NCBI GenBank assembly: GCA_007125005.1
Contig: SLDY01000004.1
Coordinates: 13,368-77,367, forward strand
Direction: 5' to 3'
DNA: 64,000 nucleotides
Source of the DNA: Natronohydrobacter sp.
Lineage (GTDB): Bacteria; Pseudomonadota; Alphaproteobacteria; Rhodobacterales; Rhodobacteraceae
Shown piece by piece: positions 1 through 9,868 of the stretch. The translations under genes and the position numbers were made by a program. Each line of letters starts with the position of its first letter. Position 1 is the stretch's first letter. The notes below the pieces were generated by a model. The model was not told the DNA's origin, did not search any database, and saw nothing but the letters and a program-made list of their open reading frames with translations.

Positions 1-592
<592 letters not shown>

Positions 593-603
593 TCAGACAG
601 GTC

Positions 604-891
604 TCAGGCGATCACGCCGAGAATGTCACTTTCCTTCATGATCAGCAGCTCTTCGCCATCGAGTGTAACCTCGGTGCCCGACCATTTGCCAAAGAGCACA
701 CGGTCGCCAGCCTTGACCGATGGTGCGATAAGTTCGCCCGAGTCCTTGCGTGCGCCTTCACCGACCGAGACGATTTCGCCTTCGGCAGGCTTTTCTTTTG
801 CGGTGTCGGGGATGATCAGGCCGCCCTTGGTCTTTGCGTCGCTCTCGACGCGACGGACAAGAACACGGTCATGCAGCGGTTTGAATGCCAT
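604..891 (-). CDS. groES: Co-chaperonin GroES
   Basis: [14 protein letters not shown]...[14 protein letters not shown]...ESDILGV. Confidence 0.98.
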   Translation of the reverse strand: MAFKPLHDRVLVRRVESDAKTKGGLIIPDTAKEKPAEGEIVSVGEGARKDSGELIAPSVKAGDRVLFGKWSGTEVTLDGEELLIMKESDILGVIA

Positions 892-927
892 CTGAGAACG
901 CTCCTCTGGTTCCAGGTTGAAATCTTG

Positions 928-954
928 TTAGCACTCACCCTAGCCGAGTGCCAA
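928..954. promoter_or_regulatory. CIRCE element (HrcA operator) upstream of groES
   Basis: TTAGCACTC-N9-GAGTGCCAA, one mismatch from consensus TTAGCACTC-N9-GAGTGCTAA. Confidence 0.93.
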
Positions 955-961
955 CAGGTCG

Positions 962-990
962 GAGATAGGCAAGCCGGTTTGCACTGTCAA
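962..990 (-). promoter_or_regulatory. Putative groESL promoter
   Basis: Minus strand reads TTGACA-N17-TATCTC (preceded by CC, resembling the alphaproteobacterial RpoH -10), immediately upstream of CIRCE. Confidence 0.6.
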
Positions 991-1128
991 CAACCCATCC
1001 AGAAAATTTTTGTGTCTTTCGGTGCCGGTTTGAACTCGCGCTCTTGGCGTGACAAGCCAACAGGCCGCAGCTATAAGCTCCGCGACCTTTGCGCCCACGC
1101 GCACGACACCACTTGAGGGACAAGAGAG

Positions 1129-2046
1129 ATGATCAAGGTTTTCGGACATTTTTCTCCAGACACCGATTCGACAGGCTCGCCGTTGATCTGGGCATGGTAC
1201 CTGTCGCAGATCAAAGACACCCCGGCTGAGGCAGTTCTCCTGGGCGAGCCGAATACCGAGGCCAAATTTGTGTTGGAGCACTGGGGATTTGACCAACCCT
1301 CAACCCTGACCGAATTGCCCGCCGCCACACCTGTTGTGATCGTGGACACAAACAATCCCGCCGAACTGCCCTCTGGTATCAACGAAGCTGACATTCTGGC
1401 AATCATCGATCACCATAAACTCGTTGGCGGGCTCGAGACGAAATCACCCATCGAGATCACGATGCGTCCGCTCGCCTGCACGGCAACCATTATGTATGAG
1501 ATGATCGGCAAGCACATGGCGCAGGCTCCGCGCGGCATCAAAGGGCTGATGCTATCCTGCATCCTCTCTGACACGCTCGAATTCCGCTCACCGACCACAA
1601 CCCAAACCGACCGCGCCGTCGCCCATGCGCTGGCTGCAGATCTCGGGGTTGAGATAACCGAACTCGCCGAAAAGATGTTTGCAGCTAAATCCGATGTTTC
1701 AGCCTTTTCAGAAGCCGAATTGCTCAAGATGGATGCCAAGAAATTCGATGTTGGCGGCAAAACCTTCCGTATTTCAGTGCTTGAGACAACCTCGCCAGCG
1801 CAGATACTTGCACGCAAAGAGGCGCTAGTCGCAGCCATGCCAGGAGTCGCGGCAGAAGACGGGGCGGATGAGGTTATGCTTTTTATCGTGGATATCTTGA
1901 ACGAAGAGGCAACGCTCCTTGTGCAAAACGAACTGATCAAGACCGTTGCTGAAAAATCTTTCAATGTCTCGGTGGAGGGCGATCAACTGCTCCTGCCCGG
2001 TGTAATGAGCCGCAAGAAACAGATTATCCCGGTGTTAACACTGTGA
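1129..2046 (+). CDS. ppaC: Mn-dependent (family II, DHH) inorganic pyrophosphatase
   Basis: GHFSPDTDS, IVDTNN, IIDHHKL, ILSDTLEFRSPTTT, SRKKQIIP motifs. Confidence 0.93.
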   Translation: MIKVFGHFSPDTDSTGSPLIWAWYLSQIKDTPAEAVLLGEPNTEAKFVLEHWGFDQPSTLTELPAATPVVIVDTNNPAELPSGINEADILAIIDHHKLVGGLETKSPIEITMRPLACTATIMYEMIGKHMAQAPRGIKGLMLSCILSDTLEFRSPTTTQTDRAVAHALAADLGVEITELAEKMFAAKSDVSAFSEAELLKMDAKKFDVGGKTFRISVLETTSPAQILARKEALVAAMPGVAAEDGADEVMLFIVDILNEEATLLVQNELIKTVAEKSFNVSVEGDQLLLPGVMSRKKQIIPVLTL

Positions 2047-2924
2047 CACGAATCCTATCGAGCTTCTCCGAGATCGCCACAAATTATAATCTGGCTTTTG
2101 TCGACTTGTGGGGCTGTGTTCACAATGGCAGGGCAATCTATTCCGCTGCCGAGGCCGCGCTCATCAGCTTCCGCGAGACTGGTGGAACAGTGGTGCTTGT
2201 CACCAATTCCCCCCGCCCAAGGGCAGGTGTGAAGGCGCAACTCGATGAGTTGGGCCTTTCGCCAGAAGCCTATGACGGTATCGCCACTTCAGGCGATGCG
2301 GCACAAGCCGGCATGCTGACGGGAGCAGTTGGGCGCAAGGTGTGGCATCTCGGCCCCCTCAAAGATGACGGCTTCTTCGAAAACTTGCCTGATTGGGCTT
2401 CGGAACAACCACCCATCGAGCGTGTATGCTTCGAAGACGCCGAGGGTATTGTTTGCACTGGGCTCTTTGATGAGATGACCGAAACCCCGGAAGACTATCG
2501 TGGGCGCTTTCTTTCGGCCAAGGCGCGCGGCCTTAAATTGCTCTGCGCAAACCCTGATCTAGTAGTTGATTATGGCGAGACGCGTATCTATTGCGCAGGC
2601 GCGCTGGCGCAGCTTTACGACCAGATGGGCGGCGAGAGTTTCTATTTCGGCAAGCCGCACCCACCGATCTATGATCTTGCGCGGCGTGTCGCCTCGGAAA
2701 CCGGACTGAAATTCTCTGAAGACCGCACCATTGCCATAGGCGACGGGTTACAAACTGATATACAGGGCGGGCTTGGCGAAGGCATGGACACGCTCTTTAT
2801 CACAGGCGGCCTCGCAGCTTCAGAATTTGGCAAAGATGTTGAACAACCGGACCCAGCCCTTCTGGAGGCATGGATCGCCAAGGTGGGCATCCATCCGACC
2901 TATGCAATCGGGCGTCTGCAATAA
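2043..2924 (+). CDS. HAD-superfamily class IIA hydrolase (TIGR01459-like)
   Basis: FVDLWGCVHNG, LVTNSPR, CANPD, FGKPH, IGDGLQTDI motifs; 4-bp overlap with ppaC. Confidence 0.88.
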   Translation: MTRILSSFSEIATNYNLAFVDLWGCVHNGRAIYSAAEAALISFRETGGTVVLVTNSPRPRAGVKAQLDELGLSPEAYDGIATSGDAAQAGMLTGAVGRKVWHLGPLKDDGFFENLPDWASEQPPIERVCFEDAEGIVCTGLFDEMTETPEDYRGRFLSAKARGLKLLCANPDLVVDYGETRIYCAGALAQLYDQMGGESFYFGKPHPPIYDLARRVASETGLKFSEDRTIAIGDGLQTDIQGGLGEGMDTLFITGGLAASEFGKDVEQPDPALLEAWIAKVGIHPTYAIGRLQ

Positions 2925-2950
2925 GCTGGCCAGTCTTGAATCTGTCAATC

Positions 2951-2984
2951 TACGCCTCCGCCATCTGCGGGGGCGTATTTTGTT
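2951..2984 (+). terminator. Rho-independent terminator
   Basis: TACGCCTCCGC-catct-GCGGGGGCGTA followed by TTTTGTT. Confidence 0.75.
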
Positions 2985-3087
2985 CTGCGGATGCGGCAGA
3001 TAGCCGCGCAACAAAGTTGCAACAGAAGCCCTTCATTGGCACTATAATTTCTCTATGTGATTGCATTGATCCGCCACATCGTTTAAT

Positions 3088-3101
3088 GCTGCGCTGCAAC
3101 A
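3088..3101. promoter_or_regulatory. PhaR-like box upstream of MaoC dehydratase
   Basis: GCTGC-GCT-GCAAC(A), one mismatch from the GCTGC-N3-GCAGC palindrome. Confidence 0.45.
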
Positions 3102-3119
3102 AGAAACTGGGTTCGACTA

Positions 3120-3596
3120 ATGCAAGGGAAAGCGGCGATGTTGGATAATGGCATGAACGATAATCTTCCCCGCGGCACGATCTGCGTCGAGGATCTGGAG
3201 ATCGGCATGTCGCGCTATCTGCGTAAAGAAATCACGGATCGCGATATCGAACTGTTCGCCGAGGTCTCGACTGACCGAAACCCGGTCCATCTGGATGATG
3301 CTTATGCACAGGACACAATTTTCGAGGGTCGCATCGCGCATGGTATGCTGACGGCGGGTCTGATCTCAGCCGTTATCGGCGAGCAACTTCCGGGGCATGG
3401 CACCATTTACATGGGTCAGACCTTGAAATTCATGGCCCCCGTGCGCCCAGGTGACATCGTTCTCGCTGAGGTGAAAGTGCTGACGATCGATTACGCAAAA
3501 CGGCGCGTCACTCTTGAATGTCGCTGCACGGTAGGGGATACGACAGTCCTGAAAGGCGAAGCCACTGTGCTAGCGCCAAGCCGCAAATTCGACTGA
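3120..3596 (+). CDS. MaoC-family (R)-specific enoyl-CoA hydratase (PhaJ/CroR-like); start may be 3138 or 3153
   Basis: FAEVSTDRNPVHLD hydratase motif, RIAHGML, single hot-dog fold length. Confidence 0.88.
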   Translation: MQGKAAMLDNGMNDNLPRGTICVEDLEIGMSRYLRKEITDRDIELFAEVSTDRNPVHLDDAYAQDTIFEGRIAHGMLTAGLISAVIGEQLPGHGTIYMGQTLKFMAPVRPGDIVLAEVKVLTIDYAKRRVTLECRCTVGDTTVLKGEATVLAPSRKFD

Positions 3597-3625
3597 GGCG
3601 GGGGCAACTGCCCCGCAGGGGGCAG

Positions 3626-4552
3626 ATGCAGACGCACCATCACTGGCTCGACATCTCAGCAGCCGACAAAGGCGCTTCGGTTGCAATGGGTAATTTCGAT
3701 GGGGTGCATCGTGGCCATCAGCGCGTAATAGATCTTGCGCGGCGTAATGACGCGGCCTTGGGCATCATTTGTTTCGAGCCGCATCCGCGCGAGTTTTTCA
3801 CACCCGACACGCTGCCCTTCAGGCTGATGAGTTCTCAGACACGAGCCAACCGTCTCGCGCGGTTAGGCGTGGAGCATCTTTATGAGTTACCATTTGATGA
3901 GACTCTCTCGAGTTTGAGCGCCGCCGATTTTGCGCGCGAGGTGCTTGTCGAAGGTCTTGGCGTGGGCCATGTCGTGGTTGGCGCGGATTTTTGCTTCGGC
4001 AAGGGGCGTAAGGGTAATGCGCAGGATCTTGAGGTTCTGGGGCGAAGCCTTGGCTTCGGCGTAACGATCGCCCCGTTGCTTGCACAGGGAGACCGCATCT
4101 TTTCCTCAACGGCAATTCGGACGGCTCTCAGCGAGGGGCGCACACGCGATGCCGCGGATATGCTGGGCCATTGGCACCGCATCGATGGCGAAGTGCTGCA
4201 TGGCGAAAAGCGCGGTCGCGAACTAGGCTATCCAACAGCAAATATGTCCATCAAAGGGCTGCACCCACCACGCTACGGGGTCTATGCCGTGCTGGTCGAT
4301 GTGCTGGGCGGGGCGCAACGTGGGCAGTATCACGGGGTGGCCTCCGTCGGAGTGCGCCCGATGTTTGGCGAAAACCTCCCCAATCTGGAAACCCATATCT
4401 TTGATTTTGATGGCGATCTTTATGGGCATCACCTCTCAGTGGCACTGGTTGCACATCTGCGTGACGAGGCGCGGTTCGCCAGTCTTGAGGCATTGATCAG
4501 CCAGATGGACGTCGACAGCAATAACGCGCGGGCGATCCTGAAAGCGCTCTGA
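3626..4552 (+). CDS. ribF: Bifunctional riboflavin kinase/FAD synthetase
   Basis: MGNFDGVHRGH, FEPHP, VGADFCFGKGRKG, SSTAIR, LGYPTAN, LETHIFDF; ORF-track upstream extension not supported. Confidence 0.95.
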   Translation: MQTHHHWLDISAADKGASVAMGNFDGVHRGHQRVIDLARRNDAALGIICFEPHPREFFTPDTLPFRLMSSQTRANRLARLGVEHLYELPFDETLSSLSAADFAREVLVEGLGVGHVVVGADFCFGKGRKGNAQDLEVLGRSLGFGVTIAPLLAQGDRIFSSTAIRTALSEGRTRDAADMLGHWHRIDGEVLHGEKRGRELGYPTANMSIKGLHPPRYGVYAVLVDVLGGAQRGQYHGVASVGVRPMFGENLPNLETHIFDFDGDLYGHHLSVALVAHLRDEARFASLEALISQMDVDSNNARAILKAL

Positions 4553-4564
4553 GCTCGGACTATC

Positions 4565-6184
4565 TCACGTCCCGTGCAATTCCTTGGTCGCTGTCAACCG
4601 AACGTCCGGGTAGTCGCGCACCACACGGTCGATATCCCATTGCAGCCGCGTCATGAAAACCGGGTCGCCATCGCTGTCTTCGGCCATGTGCTGCTTATTG
4701 GCGGCCGTGAACTTCTCGACTGCAAGTTTTTCGCCTGAAACCCAACGCGCAGAAGTGAATTGCGTAGGCTCAAACCGCACCGGCAGCCCATATTCCAGCT
4801 CTATTCGGCTGGCGAGAACCTCAAACTGCAACTGTCCGACAACCCCCACGATAAAACCCGATCCGAATACTGGCTTAAACACCTTTGCAGCACCCTCTTC
4901 GGCGAATTGCGTCAACGCCTTGTCGAGATGCTTGGCCTTCATCGGATCGCCCGCGCGGCAGGCTTGCAGCAGTTCCGGCGCGAAGCTTGGAATGCCGGTG
5001 AAGCGCAGCGCCTCGCCCTCGGTCAGCGCATCCCCGATACGCAATTGACCGTGATTCGGAATGCCGATGATGTCGCCCGCCCAGGCTTCCTCAGCCAGTT
5101 CCCGGTCAGCGGCGAGGAACAGTACTGGCGAGGCCACGGTCATCTGCTTTTTCGAGCGTACATGAGTCAGCTTCATCCCGCGCTCGAAATGGCCCGAGGC
5201 CAACCGGACGAAAGCCACGCGGTCGCGATGCTTGGGATCCATATTGGCCTGCACCTTAAACACGAAGCCTGTGACCTTGCCCTCCTCGGGCGCGATCTGG
5301 CGGCTCTCGGCCCTCTGCACCTGGGGTTCGGGCGCATAGGCGGCGATCCCGTCCATCAATTCCTTCACCCCGAAGGAGTTGATGGCCGAGCCGAACCAGA
5401 TCGGCGTCAGATGCCCTTCAAGGACGGATTTCGGATCGAGCGGGGGCAAAAGCTCGCGCGCCATCTCGACCTCTTCGCGCAGCTTTTCCAGCAGATGCGG
5501 CGGGACATGCGCCTCCATCGCAGGATCATCAAGGCCATTCACGACAATACTTTCTCCGCGCTTGTTGCGGTCAGCGCGGTTCATCAATTCCAACCGGTCG
5601 CGCAGCAGGTCATAACAACCAAGAAATTCGCTTCCAATCCCGATGGGCCAGCTTGCGGGTGTTACATCAATGGCGAGGTTTTGCTGAATCTCGTCGATAA
5701 TATCGAAAATCTCGCGGCTTTCACGATCCATCTTATTGCAGAAAGTGAGAATTGGCAGGTCGCGCAACCGGCACACCTCAAACAATTTTCGGGTCTGGCT
5801 CTCGACCCCCTTGGCCCCGTCGATCACCATGATCGCGGCGTCGACGGCGGTCAGAGTGCGATAGGTGTCCTCTGAAAAATCGCTATGGCCCGGCGTATCA
5901 ACCAGATTGAAGCGATAGGTTCCGAAATCGAAAGACATGGCCGAGGCCGAGACCGAGATGCCGCGATCCTTCTCCATCTGCATAAAGTCCGACCGCGTGC
6001 GCCGCGCCTCGCCCTTGGCGCGCACCTGTCCAGCCATCTGGATCGCACCCCCGAAGAGCAGGAATTTCTCCGTGAGCGTGGTCTTGCCCGCATCCGGATG
6101 CGAGATAATGGCGAAGGTGCGACGCCGCGCGATCTCGGGCGGTAACTCGGGGCGGTTTGAAAGCGTGTCCAGCATGGCGCGCAT
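4565..6184 (-). CDS. prfC: Peptide chain release factor 3
   Basis: RRRTFAIISHPDAGKTTLTEK, DTPGHSDFSEDTYRTL, NKMD. Confidence 0.97.
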   Translation of the reverse strand: MRAMLDTLSNRPELPPEIARRRTFAIISHPDAGKTTLTEKFLLFGGAIQMAGQVRAKGEARRTRSDFMQMEKDRGISVSASAMSFDFGTYRFNLVDTPGHSDFSEDTYRTLTAVDAAIMVIDGAKGVESQTRKLFEVCRLRDLPILTFCNKMDRESREIFDIIDEIQQNLAIDVTPASWPIGIGSEFLGCYDLLRDRLELMNRADRNKRGESIVVNGLDDPAMEAHVPPHLLEKLREEVEMARELLPPLDPKSVLEGHLTPIWFGSAINSFGVKELMDGIAAYAPEPQVQRAESRQIAPEEGKVTGFVFKVQANMDPKHRDRVAFVRLASGHFERGMKLTHVRSKKQMTVASPVLFLAADRELAEEAWAGDIIGIPNHGQLRIGDALTEGEALRFTGIPSFAPELLQACRAGDPMKAKHLDKALTQFAEEGAAKVFKPVFGSGFIVGVVGQLQFEVLASRIELEYGLPVRFEPTQFTSARWVSGEKLAVEKFTAANKQHMAEDSDGDPVFMTRLQWDIDRVVRDYPDVRLTATKELHGT

Positions 6185-6211
6185 ATATTGCGCTCTAGCT
6201 AGGCGCGCAAG

Positions 6212-6529
6212 TTAATGTGCGCAGTCACGACAAAACGGTGTTGCGGGCAGAAGATCGAGCCGCTCTTCGCTGATCGCAGCACCGCATTTCACGCAAAACC
6301 CGTATTCGCCGTCTTCAATCCGCTTCAGCGCGGCCTCCAGCATCGGCAGTTCATTCTGCGCCGAATGCCCCAACGCCTGCAAGGTCTCGTCTTCTTCATG
6401 CTCGATGGCATTGTCCTCCCAATCCGGGCTGCCATGGGAGGACAGCTCCTGATCAACGAAATTCATCCGCGCAATCAACTCGAGCCTGCGTTCGGTGATC
6501 TGAGCCTTGCGGGCGGCGATATCGGTCAT
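6212..6529 (-). CDS. TraR/DksA-family C4 zinc-finger protein (short)
   Basis: DWEDNA (DxxDxA tip), ALKRIEDGEYGFCVKCG...RLDLLPATPFCRDC; start taken at MTDIAARK after GGAGG. Confidence 0.9.
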   Translation of the reverse strand: MTDIAARKAQITERRLELIARMNFVDQELSSHGSPDWEDNAIEHEEDETLQALGHSAQNELPMLEAALKRIEDGEYGFCVKCGAAISEERLDLLPATPFCRDCAH

Positions 6530-6587
6530 TGAGGGCCTCCGTTGTGTATATTTCTGCGACACTATCCGTGCTTGGCCAGAAGCGTCA

Positions 6588-6601
6588 TTGATCCGTATCA
6601 A
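6588..6601. promoter_or_regulatory. FNR/FnrL box
   Basis: Perfect TTGAT-CCGT-ATCAA between the divergent dksA-like gene and hisF. Confidence 0.85.
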
Positions 6602-6643
6602 ATCCCTCTTTTCGGCATCGCACTCTCGGGCTATCAGAACGGC

Positions 6644-7405
6644 ATGTTAAAGACGCGCATCATACCCTGTTTGGATGTTGCTGATGGCCGTGTGGTCAAA
6701 GGCATCAACTTCGTTGATCTCGTCGATGCTGGAGATCCGGTGGAAGCCGCCAAAGCCTATGACGCCGCAGGCGCGGATGAGTTGTGCTTTCTAGACATCC
6801 ACGCCACGCATGAGAATCGCGGCACGATGTTTGATCTCGTAACGAGAACGGCCGAAAACTGCTTTATGCCGCTGACAGTGGGGGGTGGTGTGCGCAGCGT
6901 CGAGGATGTGCGCGCGCTGCTTCTGGCAGGTGCGGACAAGGTGTCGTTCAATTCAGCTGCCGTGGCTGATCCCGATGTGGTTGCGCGAGCAGCGGACCGG
7001 TTTGGCAGCCAGTGCATTGTTGTGGCGATTGACGCAAAGACCGTGAGCCCCGGTGAATGGCAGATTTTCACTCATGGCGGGCGCAGACCAACAGGCGTCG
7101 ATGCGGTGGAATTTGCACGAAGAGTGGCGGCGAAGGGCGCGGGCGAGATCCTCCTGACTTCAATGGATCGAGATGGAACGCGCGCAGGATTCAACCTGCC
7201 GCTCACGCGCGCGATTGTCGATGCGGTGGGGATCCCTGTCATTGCCTCGGGCGGTGTTGGCACGCTGGATCATCTGGTAGAGGGCGTGACTGAGGCGGGT
7301 GCCTCGGCCGTGCTCGCGGCTTCGATATTCCATTTTGGGGAATACACTATTGGCGAGGCCAAGGCGCATATGGCCGCCGCTGGCATCCCGGTGAGGCTGA
7401 CATGA
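6644..7405 (+). CDS. hisF: Imidazole glycerol phosphate synthase cyclase subunit
   Basis: [44 protein letters not shown]. Confidence 0.97.
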   Translation: MLKTRIIPCLDVADGRVVKGINFVDLVDAGDPVEAAKAYDAAGADELCFLDIHATHENRGTMFDLVTRTAENCFMPLTVGGGVRSVEDVRALLLAGADKVSFNSAAVADPDVVARAADRFGSQCIVVAIDAKTVSPGEWQIFTHGGRRPTGVDAVEFARRVAAKGAGEILLTSMDRDGTRAGFNLPLTRAIVDAVGIPVIASGGVGTLDHLVEGVTEAGASAVLAASIFHFGEYTIGEAKAHMAAAGIPVRLT

Positions 7406-7716
7406 GCGCGCTTGAAAGATTGGCCGCAACCATTGCTGCGCGCATAGGGACGGACCCGGAGAGTAGCTGGACTGCAAAGCTGCTCGCCAAAGGCCCGGAG
7501 AAATGCGCCGAGAAATTCGGCGAAGAGGCGATTGAGGCCCTGATCGAAGCGGTCAAAGGCGACAAGGAGCAGTTGACCGCGGAAGCCGCCGATGTGCTCT
7601 ATCACCTGTTGGTCATGTGCGCCGCGCGCGGGGTGACACTGGCCGATATCGACGGAGAGATCGCGCGACGTGAAGGTGTCTCGGGTCTGGCCGAGAAGGC
7701 TGCGCGCTCGTCCTGA
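7402..7716 (+). CDS. hisE: Phosphoribosyl-ATP pyrophosphatase
   Basis: [26 protein letters not shown]. Confidence 0.95.
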   Translation: MSALERLAATIAARIGTDPESSWTAKLLAKGPEKCAEKFGEEAIEALIEAVKGDKEQLTAEAADVLYHLLVMCAARGVTLADIDGEIARREGVSGLAEKAARSS

Positions 7717-7784
7717 CCGGCTCTTGCCGTGCGCCGGGACCGGGTATACACGACACATGTTAAGCAATCGCAGAGGTGCCACAC

Positions 7785-8687
7785 ATGAGTGACTGGCTGC
7801 TATCGCTGGTGGGCACCCCGGAGGGCGCGCGGCTCGCCACTTTGCTGGCCCTCACCGCCGCACTTGCCCATGCCATTTTCGGTGCTTTACAAAAAGGGGG
7901 TCATGATCCGTGGCTCTCACGCGGGTCGATCGATTTCTCGCTGGTCATCCTGTCGGCGCCGATTGCACTTTTCGTATATGGCCCCCCTGCCCCGCATATG
8001 TGGCCCGTGTTGGCGGGTGTGGTAGTGATCCACTTCATCTACAAACTTGCGATGGCACTCGCTTACGAGAAGGCGGCCTTCACAGTCGTCTATCCGGTCG
8101 TGCGCGGAACAGGGCCGTTGATCACGGTGATCGCCGCAATGGCAATTTTCGGCGAACGCTACACAGCACTGCAATGGCTCGGCGTCGCCTGCCTTTCGGG
8201 TGGAATCCTGCTGCTGGCGCTGCGCAATCTCGCAGAAGAGCAGATCGACCTGCGCGCGCTCAAGATCGGGCTGGTCTGGGCTCTGGCCGGCGGAGTTATG
8301 GTGGCTGTCTATACCACCTATGACGCATGGGCGATCCGGCTTTCAGGCGATCCGATGAATTTCCTCGCGTGGTTCTTCTTCCTGTCCTCGCTCGATTTTG
8401 TAATTCTCGCAGGGTTGCGTTATCGCAACATGGCTCATCCACCTCGTCCCCTGCCCTTGTTTCTGCGCGGTCTCGCAGGCGCGCTGATTGCATATATCAG
8501 TTTCGGGGCAGTCATGATCGCCACGCTCATCGGAAAAGTGGGCGAAGCTGCCGTGCTGCGTGAGACTTCGACGGTCTTTGCCGCGCTGATCGGGTGGTTC
8601 ATCCTTAAAGAGCGCGTTGGCCCGCGCAAGCTCGCGCTCATGTGCCTTATCGCGCTTGGAGCGGTGATCGTGGAGTTCGGGCGGTGA
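7785..8687 (+). CDS. DMT/EamA-family transporter
   Basis: About ten hydrophobic segments; AFTVVYPVVRG and LRETSTVFAALIG motifs. Confidence 0.85.
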   Translation: MSDWLLSLVGTPEGARLATLLALTAALAHAIFGALQKGGHDPWLSRGSIDFSLVILSAPIALFVYGPPAPHMWPVLAGVVVIHFIYKLAMALAYEKAAFTVVYPVVRGTGPLITVIAAMAIFGERYTALQWLGVACLSGGILLLALRNLAEEQIDLRALKIGLVWALAGGVMVAVYTTYDAWAIRLSGDPMNFLAWFFFLSSLDFVILAGLRYRNMAHPPRPLPLFLRGLAGALIAYISFGAVMIATLIGKVGEAAVLRETSTVFAALIGWFILKERVGPRKLALMCLIALGAVIVEFGR

Positions 8688-9158
8688 TCAGAGCTTCGAG
8701 GAGATAATGCCAGTATTGATCCCGCCTATGCGCAATTCACCGAAGAGGCGTTGATATTCCATCTTCGGGCACAGATCCTGCACCACAGCAACGCCGCGTG
8801 CTTCGGCCTTCGCAGCAGCGTCATCATTGCGCACACCGATCTGCATCCAGATCGTGCGAAGATTAGGCAGCACCTCCAGCGCCTCATCGACAATCGGTGG
8901 CACATGATCTGAGCGGCGGAAGATATCGACCATATCCACCTCGGCGGGACATTCGGAAAGGCTTTCGCGCACGATTTCATCGAAGAGAATGGCTCCAGCA
9001 TGCCCCGGATTCACCGGGATGACGCGAAAACCCTTGAGCCGGAGATAGCGCGCAACAAAATAACTCGGCCGCACTGTATTAAGTGAAACGCCAACGACAG
9101 CAATGCAGCGCGTCGTCTGCAGAATATGCTTTAACTGGGTATCTGTGGGTTTGCTCAT
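8688..9158 (-). CDS. CoA-binding protein (YccU-like)
   Basis: IAVVGVS, RPSYFVARYL, IPVNP, VDMVDIFRRS, WMQIG. Confidence 0.9.
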   Translation of the reverse strand: MSKPTDTQLKHILQTTRCIAVVGVSLNTVRPSYFVARYLRLKGFRVIPVNPGHAGAILFDEIVRESLSECPAEVDMVDIFRRSDHVPPIVDEALEVLPNLRTIWMQIGVRNDDAAAKAEARGVAVVQDLCPKMEYQRLFGELRIGGINTGIISSKL

Positions 9159-9198
9159 GGTGCGCATCAAAGCTGGCAGTCAAGTCAATGGCAAGACG

Positions 9199-9225
9199 AA
9201 AAAACGCCCGGCATGACGCCGGGCG
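9199..9225 (-). terminator. Rho-independent terminator
   Basis: CGCCCGGC-N5-GCCGGGCG followed by TTTTTT on the minus strand. Confidence 0.85.
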
Positions 9226-9291
9226 CAGGTGCGGAACGAGGGACAGTAACAAGGTAGACGCGGAGTTCCGGTCCAGCGTCACACTCCAGAC
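9199..9291 (-). ncRNA. Candidate ~90-nt sRNA or terminated leader
   Basis: 5' hairpin, U/C-rich linker, GC hairpin plus U6 terminator, upstream TTGATA-N18-CATACC; no ORF. Confidence 0.5.
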
Positions 9292-9868
9292 GTGGTATGT
9301 CCCGAAAAAAAATCCAGTATCAATCGCGTAACTGTGAGGCTTTGTTGACTGCCATCATCATCCTTGGGCACGCCGTATTCCAAGCATTGAAAGCGCGCGC
9401 AGCCGGACATTCGGATTCGGTGCGCCATCTTGCCTCTGAGATCTGACCGGAGCATCGCCATCGATCCAGAGAGGTCGCATACCCACGGCACACAGAAGAT
9501 CTCCTGCACGCGGCCGGCTGATCGGGGATGGTCTTACGCGGTGATGGGCGAGAACTTTGCGGCCGCAATGATGGACTTGAGAAAAAAGGCCTGCTCACGC
9601 AAGCAATGTCAGCCGCCGCTCCTTCACCCACGGCATCAAGGAGCCCGGAAAGCGCATAACCAAATCGGTGCCTTTGTCCATTCCACGAATCCCCGACAGG
9701 TTTAACTGGCAAGAGCAGGCAAGCTTACCTTGCGCGTAGAACCAGCATCACAGTGCAGTCAAGTGCGTTGCGCAGAATTGCACAAAGCACATGTATCAGC
9801 ACTTTCAGATCGCACTCTCTTTGCCGCGCGCCAGAATGGCGCGTTTTCAGAGGTCTGCGGCTACGCCA

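Noticed and set aside
1040-1056. SAM-SAH riboswitch-like TGGCGTGAC
   Set aside because: The complementary GTCAC arm is missing and the downstream gene is unrelated.
3054-3066. Exact 13-mer TATGTGATTGCAT shared with the sdhC upstream region (61917-61929)
   Set aside because: One shared 13-mer among AT-rich intergenic regions is plausible by chance, and it is neither palindromic nor a motif I recognise.
3518-3625. Extended N-termini given by the ORF track (ribF, hisF, glmU, usp1, nlpD, GGDEF and others)
   Set aside because: They overlap neighbouring genes or operators; internal ATGs match the family N-termini.
9320-9712. 130-aa ORF; its FGYALSGL segment recalls diacylglycerol kinase
   Set aside because: No ELLNSAIE or other DAGK motif in any frame, no TM helices and no SD.
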